Source: Promethearchaeota archaeon
GTDB taxonomy: Archaea; Asgardarchaeota; Lokiarchaeia; Sigyniarchaeales; SOKP01
Direction of reading: 5' to 3'
NCBI GenBank assembly: GCA_048938895.1
Contig: JBHLLU010000008.1
Location: forward strand, 39,470 to 103,469
DNA: 64,000 nucleotides
Position 1 is the first letter of the stretch; the number at the start of each line of letters is the position of its first letter. The notes under the pieces are model-generated. The model had not been told where the DNA came from. It saw only the letters and a program-made list of their open reading frames with translations, and did no database searches. Positions 19,870-29,254 of this stretch are shown here, piece after piece. Both the position numbers and the translations under genes were made by a program.

Positions 19870-20865
19870 GTGCATCATTTAAAAATAAATGAACTTGCTA
19901 AAAACATTGTGGATAAAATAATTAAAGGAAAAGAAGTATATGGAGCTAAGATAATTAAATTAGCGAATAATTCAACTATTTTAGATATGACAAATGCATC
20001 ATGGGACGGGGGTAAGTTAGTGGGAGAAATATGCATGGGTGGATTAGGTACGGTATTATTTTCTCATTACAACTTAGATGGGCATTTTTTACCAAGTGTT
20101 ATTGTACACACTTCAGAACCAATAATTTCATGTATGGCATCTCAATTAGCAGGTTGGAGTGTAAAATTAAAGAAAGAGGTTGAAAAAGACGGGCAAGTAA
20201 AGAAAAAAGTCATTTTCCAGTCACTTGGTTCAGGACCAGCACGAGCAAAAAGTAAAGTTGAGAAAATATTCGATGATATTGAATATAATGACAGTTCTAA
20301 CTCAGCGGTTATCGTTTTTGAAACTGATAAATTACCGAATGAAGAAGTGATGAATATTATCTCTGAAAAATGCGGGGTTCAGACAAACAATACTTATGCC
20401 ATTTGTGCTCCTACCGCTTGTTTGACAGGATCAATTCAAGTGGCAGCAAGAATAGTAGAAACAGGCGTTCATAAATTACATGAAATTAAATTTCCCATAA
20501 ACTTGATAAAGGATGGATATGGTACGACGACAATCGCTCCTATTGCGGAGGATAATCTAGGTGCTATGGGGCGTACTAATGATTCTATAAGTGCTGCGGG
20601 AATGACATATTACACTATCAACGTTGAAAAAGATAAAGAAGCAGAATTATTTGAATTAATCAAGAAAGGACCAGCGAATACATCTTCTAGTTATGGGAAA
20701 CCATTTATTGAAACGTTTAAAGAAGCTAATTATAACTTCTACGATATTGACCCTGGAATATTTGCTCCTGCAACCTACACATTAACTAATGTGAGAACAG
20801 GTAAGACTATAACGGTTGGGGAGATTAATCATGAATTACTAAAACAATCTTATGGCTTAAATTAA
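19870..20865 (+). CDS. mch: Methenyltetrahydromethanopterin cyclohydrolase
   Basis: EICMGGLG, SQLAGW, GSGPARA, GSIQVAARIVETG.HK, MGRTND, YGKPF, FYDIDPGIFAPA. Confidence 0.96.
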   Translation: MHHLKINELAKNIVDKIIKGKEVYGAKIIKLANNSTILDMTNASWDGGKLVGEICMGGLGTVLFSHYNLDGHFLPSVIVHTSEPIISCMASQLAGWSVKLKKEVEKDGQVKKKVIFQSLGSGPARAKSKVEKIFDDIEYNDSSNSAVIVFETDKLPNEEVMNIISEKCGVQTNNTYAICAPTACLTGSIQVAARIVETGVHKLHEIKFPINLIKDGYGTTTIAPIAEDNLGAMGRTNDSISAAGMTYYTINVEKDKEAELFELIKKGPANTSSSYGKPFIETFKEANYNFYDIDPGIFAPATYTLTNVRTGKTITVGEINHELLKQSYGLN

Positions 20866-20903
20866 ATATTTTTTTTAGATCGTTTTTTTAATTGAAAAAA
20901 GGA

Positions 20904-22051
20904 TTACATATTTGTAAGTTCTTCTTGGTATTTCAAGATTTCACTTGCAGATATATCCCTATCAAATATTATTTTCTTTTCTATGCCCAAATAAGCACAT
21001 GCAATTTTCGCAGAAGCAGCAATCTCTGCCTTCTTAAGAGTTATTGAATATTCATCCTGTTGAAGTTGATCTTCTTGATAATTATTTTCTTTATACCGTT
21101 GATCTTGAAGTCTTGAAGCCCTCTCATTTTTCATTTCATATAATAAAGAAGCCATTTTGTAGGCTACTTTAAAAGATAATTGATTTTTGACTATTAAGCG
21201 TATTATATTATTCACATCAAAATAGTTCAAATTCTCATATTTCGCTCGAAGGAATCCTTTAAGATTTTCAGAATCTTTTTCACATTCAATTTCCGTCCAA
21301 TCATGGATGGCTAATTTTCGTCTAAAATAAATTAACTCCCAATCAATCTCTAACTCCTTAAGAAATTCGAGTAGTTTTGGATCATTAGCGCTTCTAGATT
21401 CTATAACAACATAAAGCTGCAAACCATAATATTTATGTTCTTGCTGAAGAAAAAAGCCCCTCTGTTGCATAGAAGCAAGAATTAACAATTTTATAGAATA
21501 TATCTTTTCGGATACGTTCTTCTTACTGCAATTTAGGTAGATTACATTTCCTTCTTCACTAATGTATTCACAATCCAAAAATCCTAGTATACTTTCTTTA
21601 TTTTCAGATATAAAGGTGTTTAATCCAGTAAGCGTAGGTTTTACATCAAATCGGACGAGATCACCTTGTTCAATAGTAACATAATCATTATAATTGCTTC
21701 CAATAGCGAGTTTAATAGCGTTTAATTTAAATTCCTTATCCATTCCAAATACTTTTTGAAAAGCTTCATTTATAGGGAAGACTTCACTTTCCAAGATATT
21801 TACATCCGCCATAGAACTCTCATATGGCTCTGGTTCACTTAACATTTTATTCATTAAAGGAGCTTCTGAAGCCTCTACTTCGATTTCATAGGTTTTTGCT
21901 AAATCTCGTCTGATAATGCAAATCGATCTCTTTTTCTTGTTATAGATTGAAATAGAATTATTATCGTTGAGGACTGCTCGGAATTTTTCAATAAATTTAT
22001 CTTCTGTATTTTCTGGGCTTATTCTTCTTCTTCTAATTTTGAATCAACCAA
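20904..22051 (-). CDS. Hypothetical protein; 5' end has either a 1-nt frameshift (TTG 22051) or an ATA start (22022)
   Basis: The frame stays open ~60 codons upstream of the ORF-track ATG (21854); an upstream TTG-GTT-GAT-TCA..GAA4-TAA is one base out of frame. Confidence 0.6.
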
Positions 22052-22221
22052 TATTTTGAAAATTTATTGATAGTTAATTTATTTATAAAATTAGTATCTT
22101 AAATTCTTAACTAATAGAAATTATTACTAATAATTATTTTTCAATTTATAATTAAAAGAGCCATAAAGCTCTATGATTTATACTCAAATATTAATATAGT
22201 AATATAATATTAGGGTTTATT

Positions 22222-22401
22222 TTAATCTAATTCCTCTTCTAAGTAGTATTCATCGTTCTTTTTTATATATATAGTCGTAGAGCCAAAATTGTTCCTTACG
22301 GTATATTTATTTCCTTGTACATCTAATATTTCTATTGAATATGATAATCTTCTTTTACTTAGTATATCTTCAACTATCTTTTTTTCTTCTTGCGAATCCA
22401 T
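22222..22401 (-). CDS. Small hypothetical protein (59 aa), absent from the ORF track
   Basis: Manual translation MDSQEEKKIVEDILSKRRLSYSIEILDVQGNKYTVRNNFGSTTIYIKKNDEYYLEEELD*; AGGA about 14 nt upstream; protein-like composition. Confidence 0.65.
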   Translation of the reverse strand: MDSQEEKKIVEDILSKRRLSYSIEILDVQGNKYTVRNNFGSTTIYIKKNDEYYLEEELD

Positions 22402-22616
22402 AACTATGATTTATTATTCCTTTCAAAAAAAATTTTCCATTTTCCCAAATAAAATCTGACAAAATTCAAGATTTAAGGGCTCCTCTCTTTTTTGAAATAT
22501 TGTCGGTATAAGTTTATGATATATCTTTTTATTAGAAAAACTATGATTAAACTCTCGATTGAATCAGAAAAGCAGAAAATTAGGTCTTAAATATATAATT
22601 AAAGCATTTACAATCA

Positions 22617-22671
22617 GAGTTTCTCCAAAAGGAGAATCTCCACCATTTTATTAAAAATTGGAGTTTTTTTT
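22617..22671 (+). promoter_or_regulatory. Alternative hairpins plus T8 tract (putative attenuator leader or small RNA)
   Basis: GAG-T-TTCTCC-AAAA-GGAGAA-T-CTC hairpin overlaps CTCCA-cc-ATTTT-atta-AAAAT-TGGAG hairpin, followed by TTTTTTTT; TATA-like TTAAATATATAA about 20-30 nt upstream. Confidence 0.4.
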
Positions 22672-22760
22672 AATAATCAGTTTAATAAATAAATGAGTCT
22701 TTCAATAAAATATATACCAAAGAAAATTATATCTGATCAACCTTCTAATTCTGAGACAAC

Positions 22761-24011
22761 ATGGCACAACAAAAGCTTGACATTGGTTTTTTTACTAGTA
22801 TGTATAGTCAGACCAATGGAACTGCACACGCTGTGCGATTTTTATCAGAAGCAATTGCGAAACACACAGGTCACAACGTGCATGTATATGCTCCTGGGAT
22901 TCAAAAGCCAAAAAACATACCCAAAAACCTATGTCTTCATAATTTCTTTGGGGCAAAAATAGCACCAAAAACTGGGTTTGTACTAAGTTTTCCCATTCAT
23001 AAATACTTTTTCTGCCAACATGATTATTTAGACATTGCCCACATTCATACACATGCAACATTTGGTAGCATGGCAATAAACTGGTCAAAGTATATTGGAA
23101 TCCCGATGGTAGGTACTCATAATTCTCCTTTATCTTTCTATACCTCTCAATATATTCCTATCGTAGGAGGCCTTCTATCTAAAATGGATTGGGTTTGGAG
23201 ATATGAAAGACATGTCTTAGATAAATATGATCTAGTTTCGGTCCCAACTAAATCTAAAAAAGATTTACTAAGGAAGCAGAGATTCAAAGAACCTATTATT
23301 TGTCTTTCTAATGGAATCCACGATAATTATTTCACTGATGTAAAGGAAAATGGAGTTCGAGAAAAATATAATTTAGATAATAAAAAGATACTTCTCTATG
23401 CCTCAAGACTTTCACCTGAAAAGCATCAACTAAGTATTATTAGGACATTTAAAAAGATTAATAAAGAACTTCCAGATACACATCTGGTTTTGGTTGGTAG
23501 TGATGGACCTTCAACCTCTCATGTTCTCAGACTTATTAAAAAGAAGCAATATAAAGATTTTGTCTCCTACCTAGGACGAGTTCCCTTCAATGATTTATTG
23601 AAACTCTACAATACTGCAGATCTATCTTGTCTTTGGTCATGGATAGAGGCAGAAGGATTAGTACTTTTAGAAAGCATGGCACAAGGGACACCCTGTATAG
23701 GGGCTAATAGTATTGGAATATCAGATGTGATTCGACACGGAGAAACAGGTTATCTAAGTACAGATCTAGAGGATTTTAGGCAAAAGGTGGTAAAATTGTT
23801 TAAAGATGATGATTTACGCCTTGAAATGGGGAAAAACGCTAGAATGTTTGCCGAAAATTATAGAATAAGTAAAATAGCAAAAATCTGGGTTGAATTATAT
23901 AAATTTCTGATAAATGAACTTTATCCATTGAGATACTATAAAAAAGAAAGGAAAGAACGCGTAACACTAGTAAAAGAATTTATTCATAAAATGCCTACTG
24001 TTAGTTTTTAA
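22761..24011 (+). CDS. GT4 family glycosyltransferase
   Basis: QTNGT, HIHT, SNGI, SRLSPEK, EAEGLVLLESMAQG(TP) signature. Confidence 0.9.
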   Translation: MAQQKLDIGFFTSMYSQTNGTAHAVRFLSEAIAKHTGHNVHVYAPGIQKPKNIPKNLCLHNFFGAKIAPKTGFVLSFPIHKYFFCQHDYLDIAHIHTHATFGSMAINWSKYIGIPMVGTHNSPLSFYTSQYIPIVGGLLSKMDWVWRYERHVLDKYDLVSVPTKSKKDLLRKQRFKEPIICLSNGIHDNYFTDVKENGVREKYNLDNKKILLYASRLSPEKHQLSIIRTFKKINKELPDTHLVLVGSDGPSTSHVLRLIKKKQYKDFVSYLGRVPFNDLLKLYNTADLSCLWSWIEAEGLVLLESMAQGTPCIGANSIGISDVIRHGETGYLSTDLEDFRQKVVKLFKDDDLRLEMGKNARMFAENYRISKIAKIWVELYKFLINELYPLRYYKKERKERVTLVKEFIHKMPTVSF

Positions 24012-24013
24012 AG

Positions 24014-24760
24014 TTAAAAATTATATTTTTCTCTAATATTCTCTAATTTAGATTTACATTTATTACAAAGATTATATGATTTCCTATCAACTTCATCAAC
24101 ATCTTTAGAAAATCTCATAACGCAAAACTCTCTTTCACAGTGGCTAGGTCCTATTAAAATATGCCCAATCTCATGGATAATTTCTTTTAGTATTCTCTCC
24201 TTAAAGAGGTCTTCATCTTTTGTTCTATCATAAAATTCTTCTTTCAATTTAAGCGTGGATACTACACTACAACGATGTTTTAAATGCGTTTCTCCAAACA
24301 TAAATATAATATTATCATCGCTACTTGAATATATTGGAAGATCTGTCAGCAAGATTATAATGCCTAACTTTTCTTCTTTTTTTATATTAATTAGAAATTG
24401 GTAAAATTTATTTGTAGGGTGGGTTCTCAACTTATCGTTAACCTCCCTCATTTCCTTATATTCCTTTTTAACACCTTTAGATATTTGATCTTTTGTAAAA
24501 TGAAATTGACCTAAATTCCTAATATCAAAAAAAAAGGAGTCAAAAACGTTATTAAGATAAGAGCTAATTAGGCCAAATAAATCACTGTTAAAATCTGTAT
24601 AAAATAAAATCCCTAAATGACAAGGAAGGATTAATTTTTGTAAATCTTCATCTTCTAACTCAAATTCTTCGGAATAAGAAATTCCAATTCTGGAAACAAA
24701 TTTTTTTAATTTATACTTATATTTTCGTATCCGTTGTTCATATTTTCGAAATTTACTCAT
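24014..24760 (-). CDS. Archaemetzincin-like zinc metalloprotease (M54)
   Basis: KEIIHEIGH...G..HC....CVMRFS...EVD.K...LC..C. Confidence 0.88.
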   Translation of the reverse strand: MSKFRKYEQRIRKYKYKLKKFVSRIGISYSEEFELEDEDLQKLILPCHLGILFYTDFNSDLFGLISSYLNNVFDSFFFDIRNLGQFHFTKDQISKGVKKEYKEMREVNDKLRTHPTNKFYQFLINIKKEEKLGIIILLTDLPIYSSSDDNIIFMFGETHLKHRCSVVSTLKLKEEFYDRTKDEDLFKERILKEIIHEIGHILIGPSHCEREFCVMRFSKDVDEVDRKSYNLCNKCKSKLENIREKYNF

Positions 24761-24906
24761 AAGATGTCAGATTACATTTTGTTTTAGTTATAGCAACTAA
24801 TTTCTTATAATTATACAGGTTTTATTTCCTTAATACTAGGTATTTAAATCATAAATTATATTATAAAATAAATTATTTCTATAAGTTTAAAACTTGGCAT
24901 AGAATT

Positions 24907-25947
24907 ATGGTAGAAAATTTTGAACAGCCAGATGTAGTTGATACTAAAAAAGAAAAAAGAGATAGAAATTCGGATAATTTAGATTCTGATGAAAAAGTTG
25001 TTAAAAAGGATTTCATTCCACACTATTTTCCAACCTTTAGAATTAAAAGAACCTTGTATCCTGTCCCTATAATGTTAGTTGTAATAATTGCAGGTATTTT
25101 AGCTTATCTAACATATGTTCAAGCTGGAATTCAAATAGATGGGGGTTATTTTTCTGAAAGCGAGTATGGTGCAGTGGGGGGAATAATTAATGGCCTAATA
25201 TATACAATTCTAGCTGGATTCTCTGCTTTTATTATTATATATGTTATTAAAAAGAGAGGGGTCGGTGCTTTAATGTATATTTTTGGTATAGGGTTTGGTA
25301 TAATAATCTTTTTTCAGACATGGTTTTTTGGGGAGATAATTTTGTTTCTTTCAATATCTAGTATCCCACGCTTATATATTTTACTTGATGTAGAATTAAT
25401 CTTTTTTACAGCAGTTTTTACTATTTTTATGATTTATAGATACTTTACTTTAAAATCAATTCGGTTAAAAAATTTTATCGTTTTATATATTGGATTACTC
25501 ATAGGAGCTTCAATGGGTGTTTTCATGCCCCTTTGGACAACCCTAGCGATATTAATTGGAATTTCCTGTTGGGATATATTCGCAGTTTTGTATAAACATG
25601 GACCAATTAAACAATTGATAGATATAGTTTCTGTACCCGATGATCAGGATGATAACATTACTGAAGATGAATTAAAAGCTAAATTACAGAGTGGGGAATA
25701 TAAATATGACACCTCTAAATTAGAGATAGGTATAGGGGATTTAGCATTCTATAGTATGCTTACCTCTAGTGCTCTTGTTCAAACGAGTAATCTAATTATT
25801 ATGATTTTGACTTCATTAGCTATAATTATTGGAACGGGAATTACAATTTCGGGTTTAAAAAGAAATAAACTTTTACCAGGTTTACCTATCTCTATTTTTC
25901 TGGGTATTGGGACGATGCTTTTATCATGGTTTATTTTTTCATTATAA
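24907..25947 (+). CDS. Presenilin-family GxGD intramembrane aspartyl protease
   Basis: About 9 TM; ISCWDIFAVL..HGPIKQL (first Asp), GIGDLAFYSML (second Asp), LPGLPISI (PAL-like motif). Confidence 0.92.
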   Translation: MVENFEQPDVVDTKKEKRDRNSDNLDSDEKVVKKDFIPHYFPTFRIKRTLYPVPIMLVVIIAGILAYLTYVQAGIQIDGGYFSESEYGAVGGIINGLIYTILAGFSAFIIIYVIKKRGVGALMYIFGIGFGIIIFFQTWFFGEIILFLSISSIPRLYILLDVELIFFTAVFTIFMIYRYFTLKSIRLKNFIVLYIGLLIGASMGVFMPLWTTLAILIGISCWDIFAVLYKHGPIKQLIDIVSVPDDQDDNITEDELKAKLQSGEYKYDTSKLEIGIGDLAFYSMLTSSALVQTSNLIIMILTSLAIIIGTGITISGLKRNKLLPGLPISIFLGIGTMLLSWFIFSL

Positions 25948-26072
25948 TTTCTTAAAAGATCTTTTAGGGAAAGCAAATTTATTCAAAAAAGGATTTTTGA
26001 CTATAGTTTTTATTATCCTCTTGACTTATTTAGTTAATAATAAATAATAAAAATAATAAATAGGAGATTCTA

Positions 26073-27257
26073 TTGGTTGATCTTAGTAATTTTAGGGTGT
26101 TTTCAGTAGTAGGTGCAGGTACAATGGGTCGTGAAATTGCCCAAGTAGCTATCATGTCTAATCAATTTGAAAAAGTGAACTTATGGTCAAGGACTCAGAA
26201 AACTTTAGATATTGCAGCTAATTTTATCAAAAATGGTCTTGAAAAATTAGAAACCAAAGGATTATTAGGAGAAAATTCCGCCAAAAATTTAATAGAAAAA
26301 TTAGTTATAGAAAACGATTTTGAAAAAGTTTCTAAAGCTGACTTTATAGTTGAGTCTGTGCCCGAATTCATGGATCTTAAACAATCTGTCTTCAAGAAAT
26401 TGGGTAATTTTGCTCCAGAGCACACAATTCTAGCTACAAATACATCTACAATGAGTATCACAGAAATCGCTTCCAGTTCGGGTAGACCTGATAAAGTGGT
26501 TGGTATGCATTTTTTTATCCCTATACCTGTCCTTGAACTGATTGAGCTAACTAAAGGTAAAAAAACTTCCGATGATACTTTTGAAATTAGTGCTGCTATA
26601 GGTGAATCTCTTCCTTGTATTAGAGGGAAAAAATATATTGCTCGCATTGAAAAAGAAAGCCCAGGATTTATTGTTAATAGGCTAACGATTGCTAGTGGAG
26701 CATATGTCGACTGGTTAACTGATGTTGCAATGGAACAAGAAATTCAATGGAAAGATCTCAATGAAGATTTAGTCATTCCCAATCAAATGGGGATGCTCGC
26801 AAAAAGGGATTATTTAGGATTAGATGTAATTAACAATACTAATAAATATTTTGTAGAAAAAGTTTCTCCAGACTTTGCTTCAGGGAAAGCACTAACTAAA
26901 TTAGTTAATGAAGGAAATTTAGGAAGAAAAACAGGAAAAGGGTATCTTAAATGGTCTGAAGATGGAAAACCTATAACCTCTGGAGCAAAGAAAGCTAACA
27001 TTGGGAATTTAGATTGTTTTATGGCGCTTCAAATGAATGAAGGCTGTAGACTCTTAGAAGAAGGAATTGTTGCAAGCTATGAGACAATTGATAAAACTAT
27101 TATTGCTGGAATGCGTACACCTGGACCATTTGAATCTGGAAAAGACAAATATAAAGAATGGTGTAATCTATTAGATGATTTTGCGGATAAATCAGGAAAA
27201 AAATATTTTCGTCCAACTGGAATAATGCGATCAGGAGATTTTCGAAAATATAAATAG
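26073..27257 (+). CDS. 3-hydroxyacyl-CoA dehydrogenase (duplicated C-terminal domain)
   Basis: VVGAGTMG, ESVPE..LK, ATNTST, GMHFF, PGFIVNR, LGRKTGKG; second C-domain NEGCRLLEEGI..ID. Confidence 0.92.
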   Translation: MVDLSNFRVFSVVGAGTMGREIAQVAIMSNQFEKVNLWSRTQKTLDIAANFIKNGLEKLETKGLLGENSAKNLIEKLVIENDFEKVSKADFIVESVPEFMDLKQSVFKKLGNFAPEHTILATNTSTMSITEIASSSGRPDKVVGMHFFIPIPVLELIELTKGKKTSDDTFEISAAIGESLPCIRGKKYIARIEKESPGFIVNRLTIASGAYVDWLTDVAMEQEIQWKDLNEDLVIPNQMGMLAKRDYLGLDVINNTNKYFVEKVSPDFASGKALTKLVNEGNLGRKTGKGYLKWSEDGKPITSGAKKANIGNLDCFMALQMNEGCRLLEEGIVASYETIDKTIIAGMRTPGPFESGKDKYKEWCNLLDDFADKSGKKYFRPTGIMRSGDFRKYK

Positions 27258-27432
27258 TAATTCAAAATTTGATTTTAATATAAAAACAATTAAACAGTTT
27301 TTATGCATTTTAGTAAGATCATAATATATTATCATGAGTTATTAGTATGAGAAAATAATGAGTTATTCATAAAGCTTTAATAAAGCTTTTCATAACTTTA
27401 TTAAAAAAAAAGAAGAATAGATAACACTCAAA

Positions 27433-28467
27433 ATGTCTTTCATAACGGGTCTTAAGATATTTTTTAAAAAACCTATTTATATTCTGATTTTAGGCCTATT
27501 CATTATATCATGGGTACTAATCTTATTTGGCTATACAATCTTTACTATTCGAGGATATTATCAATTTCTTTTTTTCTTTATTGGCATTTTGGCAGGATTT
27601 ACCCTCTTCTTATTAATTGCCACTTTCTTTAAACCAATTGATAGTATGAGAGTAACTTTAATTATAATCATTTTTTTAATTTCAATTCCAATTATCCTAA
27701 TTTTTAAAGGTTTTTTTAGATACTTAATCATCCCATTTTTGATAATAAATCAATTGTTAACAGGGTTTTTTGCCTTTAAACTATGTATGGATTCATCAAC
27801 AAAGATCGATGACTTTTTCTATATTCATGAAAAATCAAGGATATTTACAAGAATATTGGAATTTATAATCTTTGGATTTATAGCTTTGTCAATATTTATT
27901 ATAACTTGGAATTTAATGCGCAGATTTACTCCCGGTCTAGCACTAAGAAGTGCAAATATCTTTAGAATCATTTTTTGGATTAATATAATTTTAGTTATCA
28001 TCGTACTAATTAGAGCATTGATCACGAAAAAATTTGCGGCATACATTACAATTTTTTTCTTATTAACTTATTTTTATATCCTTTATATTATAATAGATTT
28101 AATAGCCAATAAGATTTTTCCAGATACGTTAAGTTTCGCATGGTATTTTTTTATTATTGACCTCATATTGTTTATATACATCATAGGTTCTATATTTGAC
28201 AAAATAGAATATTTAGAACAAAAATTTAAAATATTCAAAGCAGAAACTTTATCACTGTTTATAATATTAACGAAGTTACTAACACAATTTTTTAAAATTA
28301 TTCCAGATATACCTGGTGTAATCGCTTCCAACGATTATTTAGAAATTCAATTAGGGATGCAACTATTTCTGCTCTGGATGTTTATTATTTTTATTCTAAT
28401 TTTCGGTATCCAATCAGTTGTGGTTCATAAAGAAGGAAGAATGAAATCAAATAGTTTAGAAGATTAA
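27433..28467 (+). CDS. Uncharacterised polytopic membrane protein
   Basis: 344-aa I/F/L-rich ORF with about 9-10 hydrophobic segments. Confidence 0.7.
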   Translation: MSFITGLKIFFKKPIYILILGLFIISWVLILFGYTIFTIRGYYQFLFFFIGILAGFTLFLLIATFFKPIDSMRVTLIIIIFLISIPIILIFKGFFRYLIIPFLIINQLLTGFFAFKLCMDSSTKIDDFFYIHEKSRIFTRILEFIIFGFIALSIFIITWNLMRRFTPGLALRSANIFRIIFWINIILVIIVLIRALITKKFAAYITIFFLLTYFYILYIIIDLIANKIFPDTLSFAWYFFIIDLILFIYIIGSIFDKIEYLEQKFKIFKAETLSLFIILTKLLTQFFKIIPDIPGVIASNDYLEIQLGMQLFLLWMFIIFILIFGIQSVVVHKEGRMKSNSLED

Positions 28468-28540
28468 AAAATGATCCATAAATTATTTCATAATAATTTT
28501 TTTATTATAATTTAAGATTAAAATTTTAATACTCTATTAC

Positions 28541-28831
28541 ATGGCTAAATCAGAAAAAGTGATAAAAACAGGATTAGAGAAAATTATCGACTATTTCAAT
28601 AATGATCTTGAAGAAAACTACCCCATAGCAATTGCTAAGATTGTAGAAGATACTGGCTTTTCTTGGAGTTTCATTAAAAAAACATTAGCCAAGATAAAAG
28701 AAAATTATGATGGATTTCACTTTGAAAAATCAGGGAATACTTGGATTGCTTGGAAAGATAGAGATCATATTATTAAAAAGCTAGATGAAACCTGTTCTCG
28801 CTTTTTAGAAGATTCTGATGAGGAATGTTAA
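28541..28831 (+). CDS. Small winged-helix DNA-binding protein (putative)
   Basis: IAKIVEDTGFSWSFIKKTL HTH-like segment followed by beta-wing FEKSGNTWIAW. Confidence 0.65.
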   Translation: MAKSEKVIKTGLEKIIDYFNNDLEENYPIAIAKIVEDTGFSWSFIKKTLAKIKENYDGFHFEKSGNTWIAWKDRDHIIKKLDETCSRFLEDSDEEC

Positions 28832-28838
28832 GAATTTA

Positions 28839-29099
28839 TTAAATTTCATCTAGAACGATTCTCTCATATTTTTCAAGTTCCTTAATCCAATTTTCTATCA
28901 GTGGAACATTATTTTTAAAACAAAAATAATTACCATTCTTTCATTTAATAATATATCAAATATCTATTAATTTGTCCAAACCCTATATGAATTGGTATTT
29001 TTGTCTTTTAATCTAATTGGTATATGTTCTCCAATACGGAATTCTTGATTGATGCCTAATTCGATAAGAATTGTTTCCTAATTTAAACTATCTTTCCAA
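28839..29099 (-). pseudogene. Possible decayed gene remnant (winged-helix-like)
   Basis: Minus strand reads GLDKLIDI*YIIK*KNGNYFCFKNNVPLIENWIKELEKYERIVLDEI*, protein-like but interrupted by stops. Confidence 0.3.
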
Positions 29100-29186
29100 T
29101 ATATCGAAAAAGTATATAAATTTAAATCTATTTTGTTCTATCGTTTCAGATCTCATCATAATTCCTAATTAGAAATATCATACACT

Positions 29187-29202
29187 GTGTGAAATTTCAC
29201 AC
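29187..29202. promoter_or_regulatory. Perfect 16-bp palindrome, putative operator
   Basis: GTGTGAAATTTCACAC, about 50-70 bp upstream of the FrhB-like gene. Confidence 0.55.
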
Positions 29203-29254
29203 TAACTTTTATTTGGAATGGAAAATTTTTCAATTCAATAGATAAAAAAATATT

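Noticed and set aside
22693-22962. 89-aa ORF overlapping the GT4 start
   Set aside because: Out-of-frame overlap with a conserved gene and no protein-like features
29187-29202. Assignment as a Rex or CRP site
   Set aside because: Spacer length matches neither consensus and no such regulator is in the window; kept only as an unassigned palindrome
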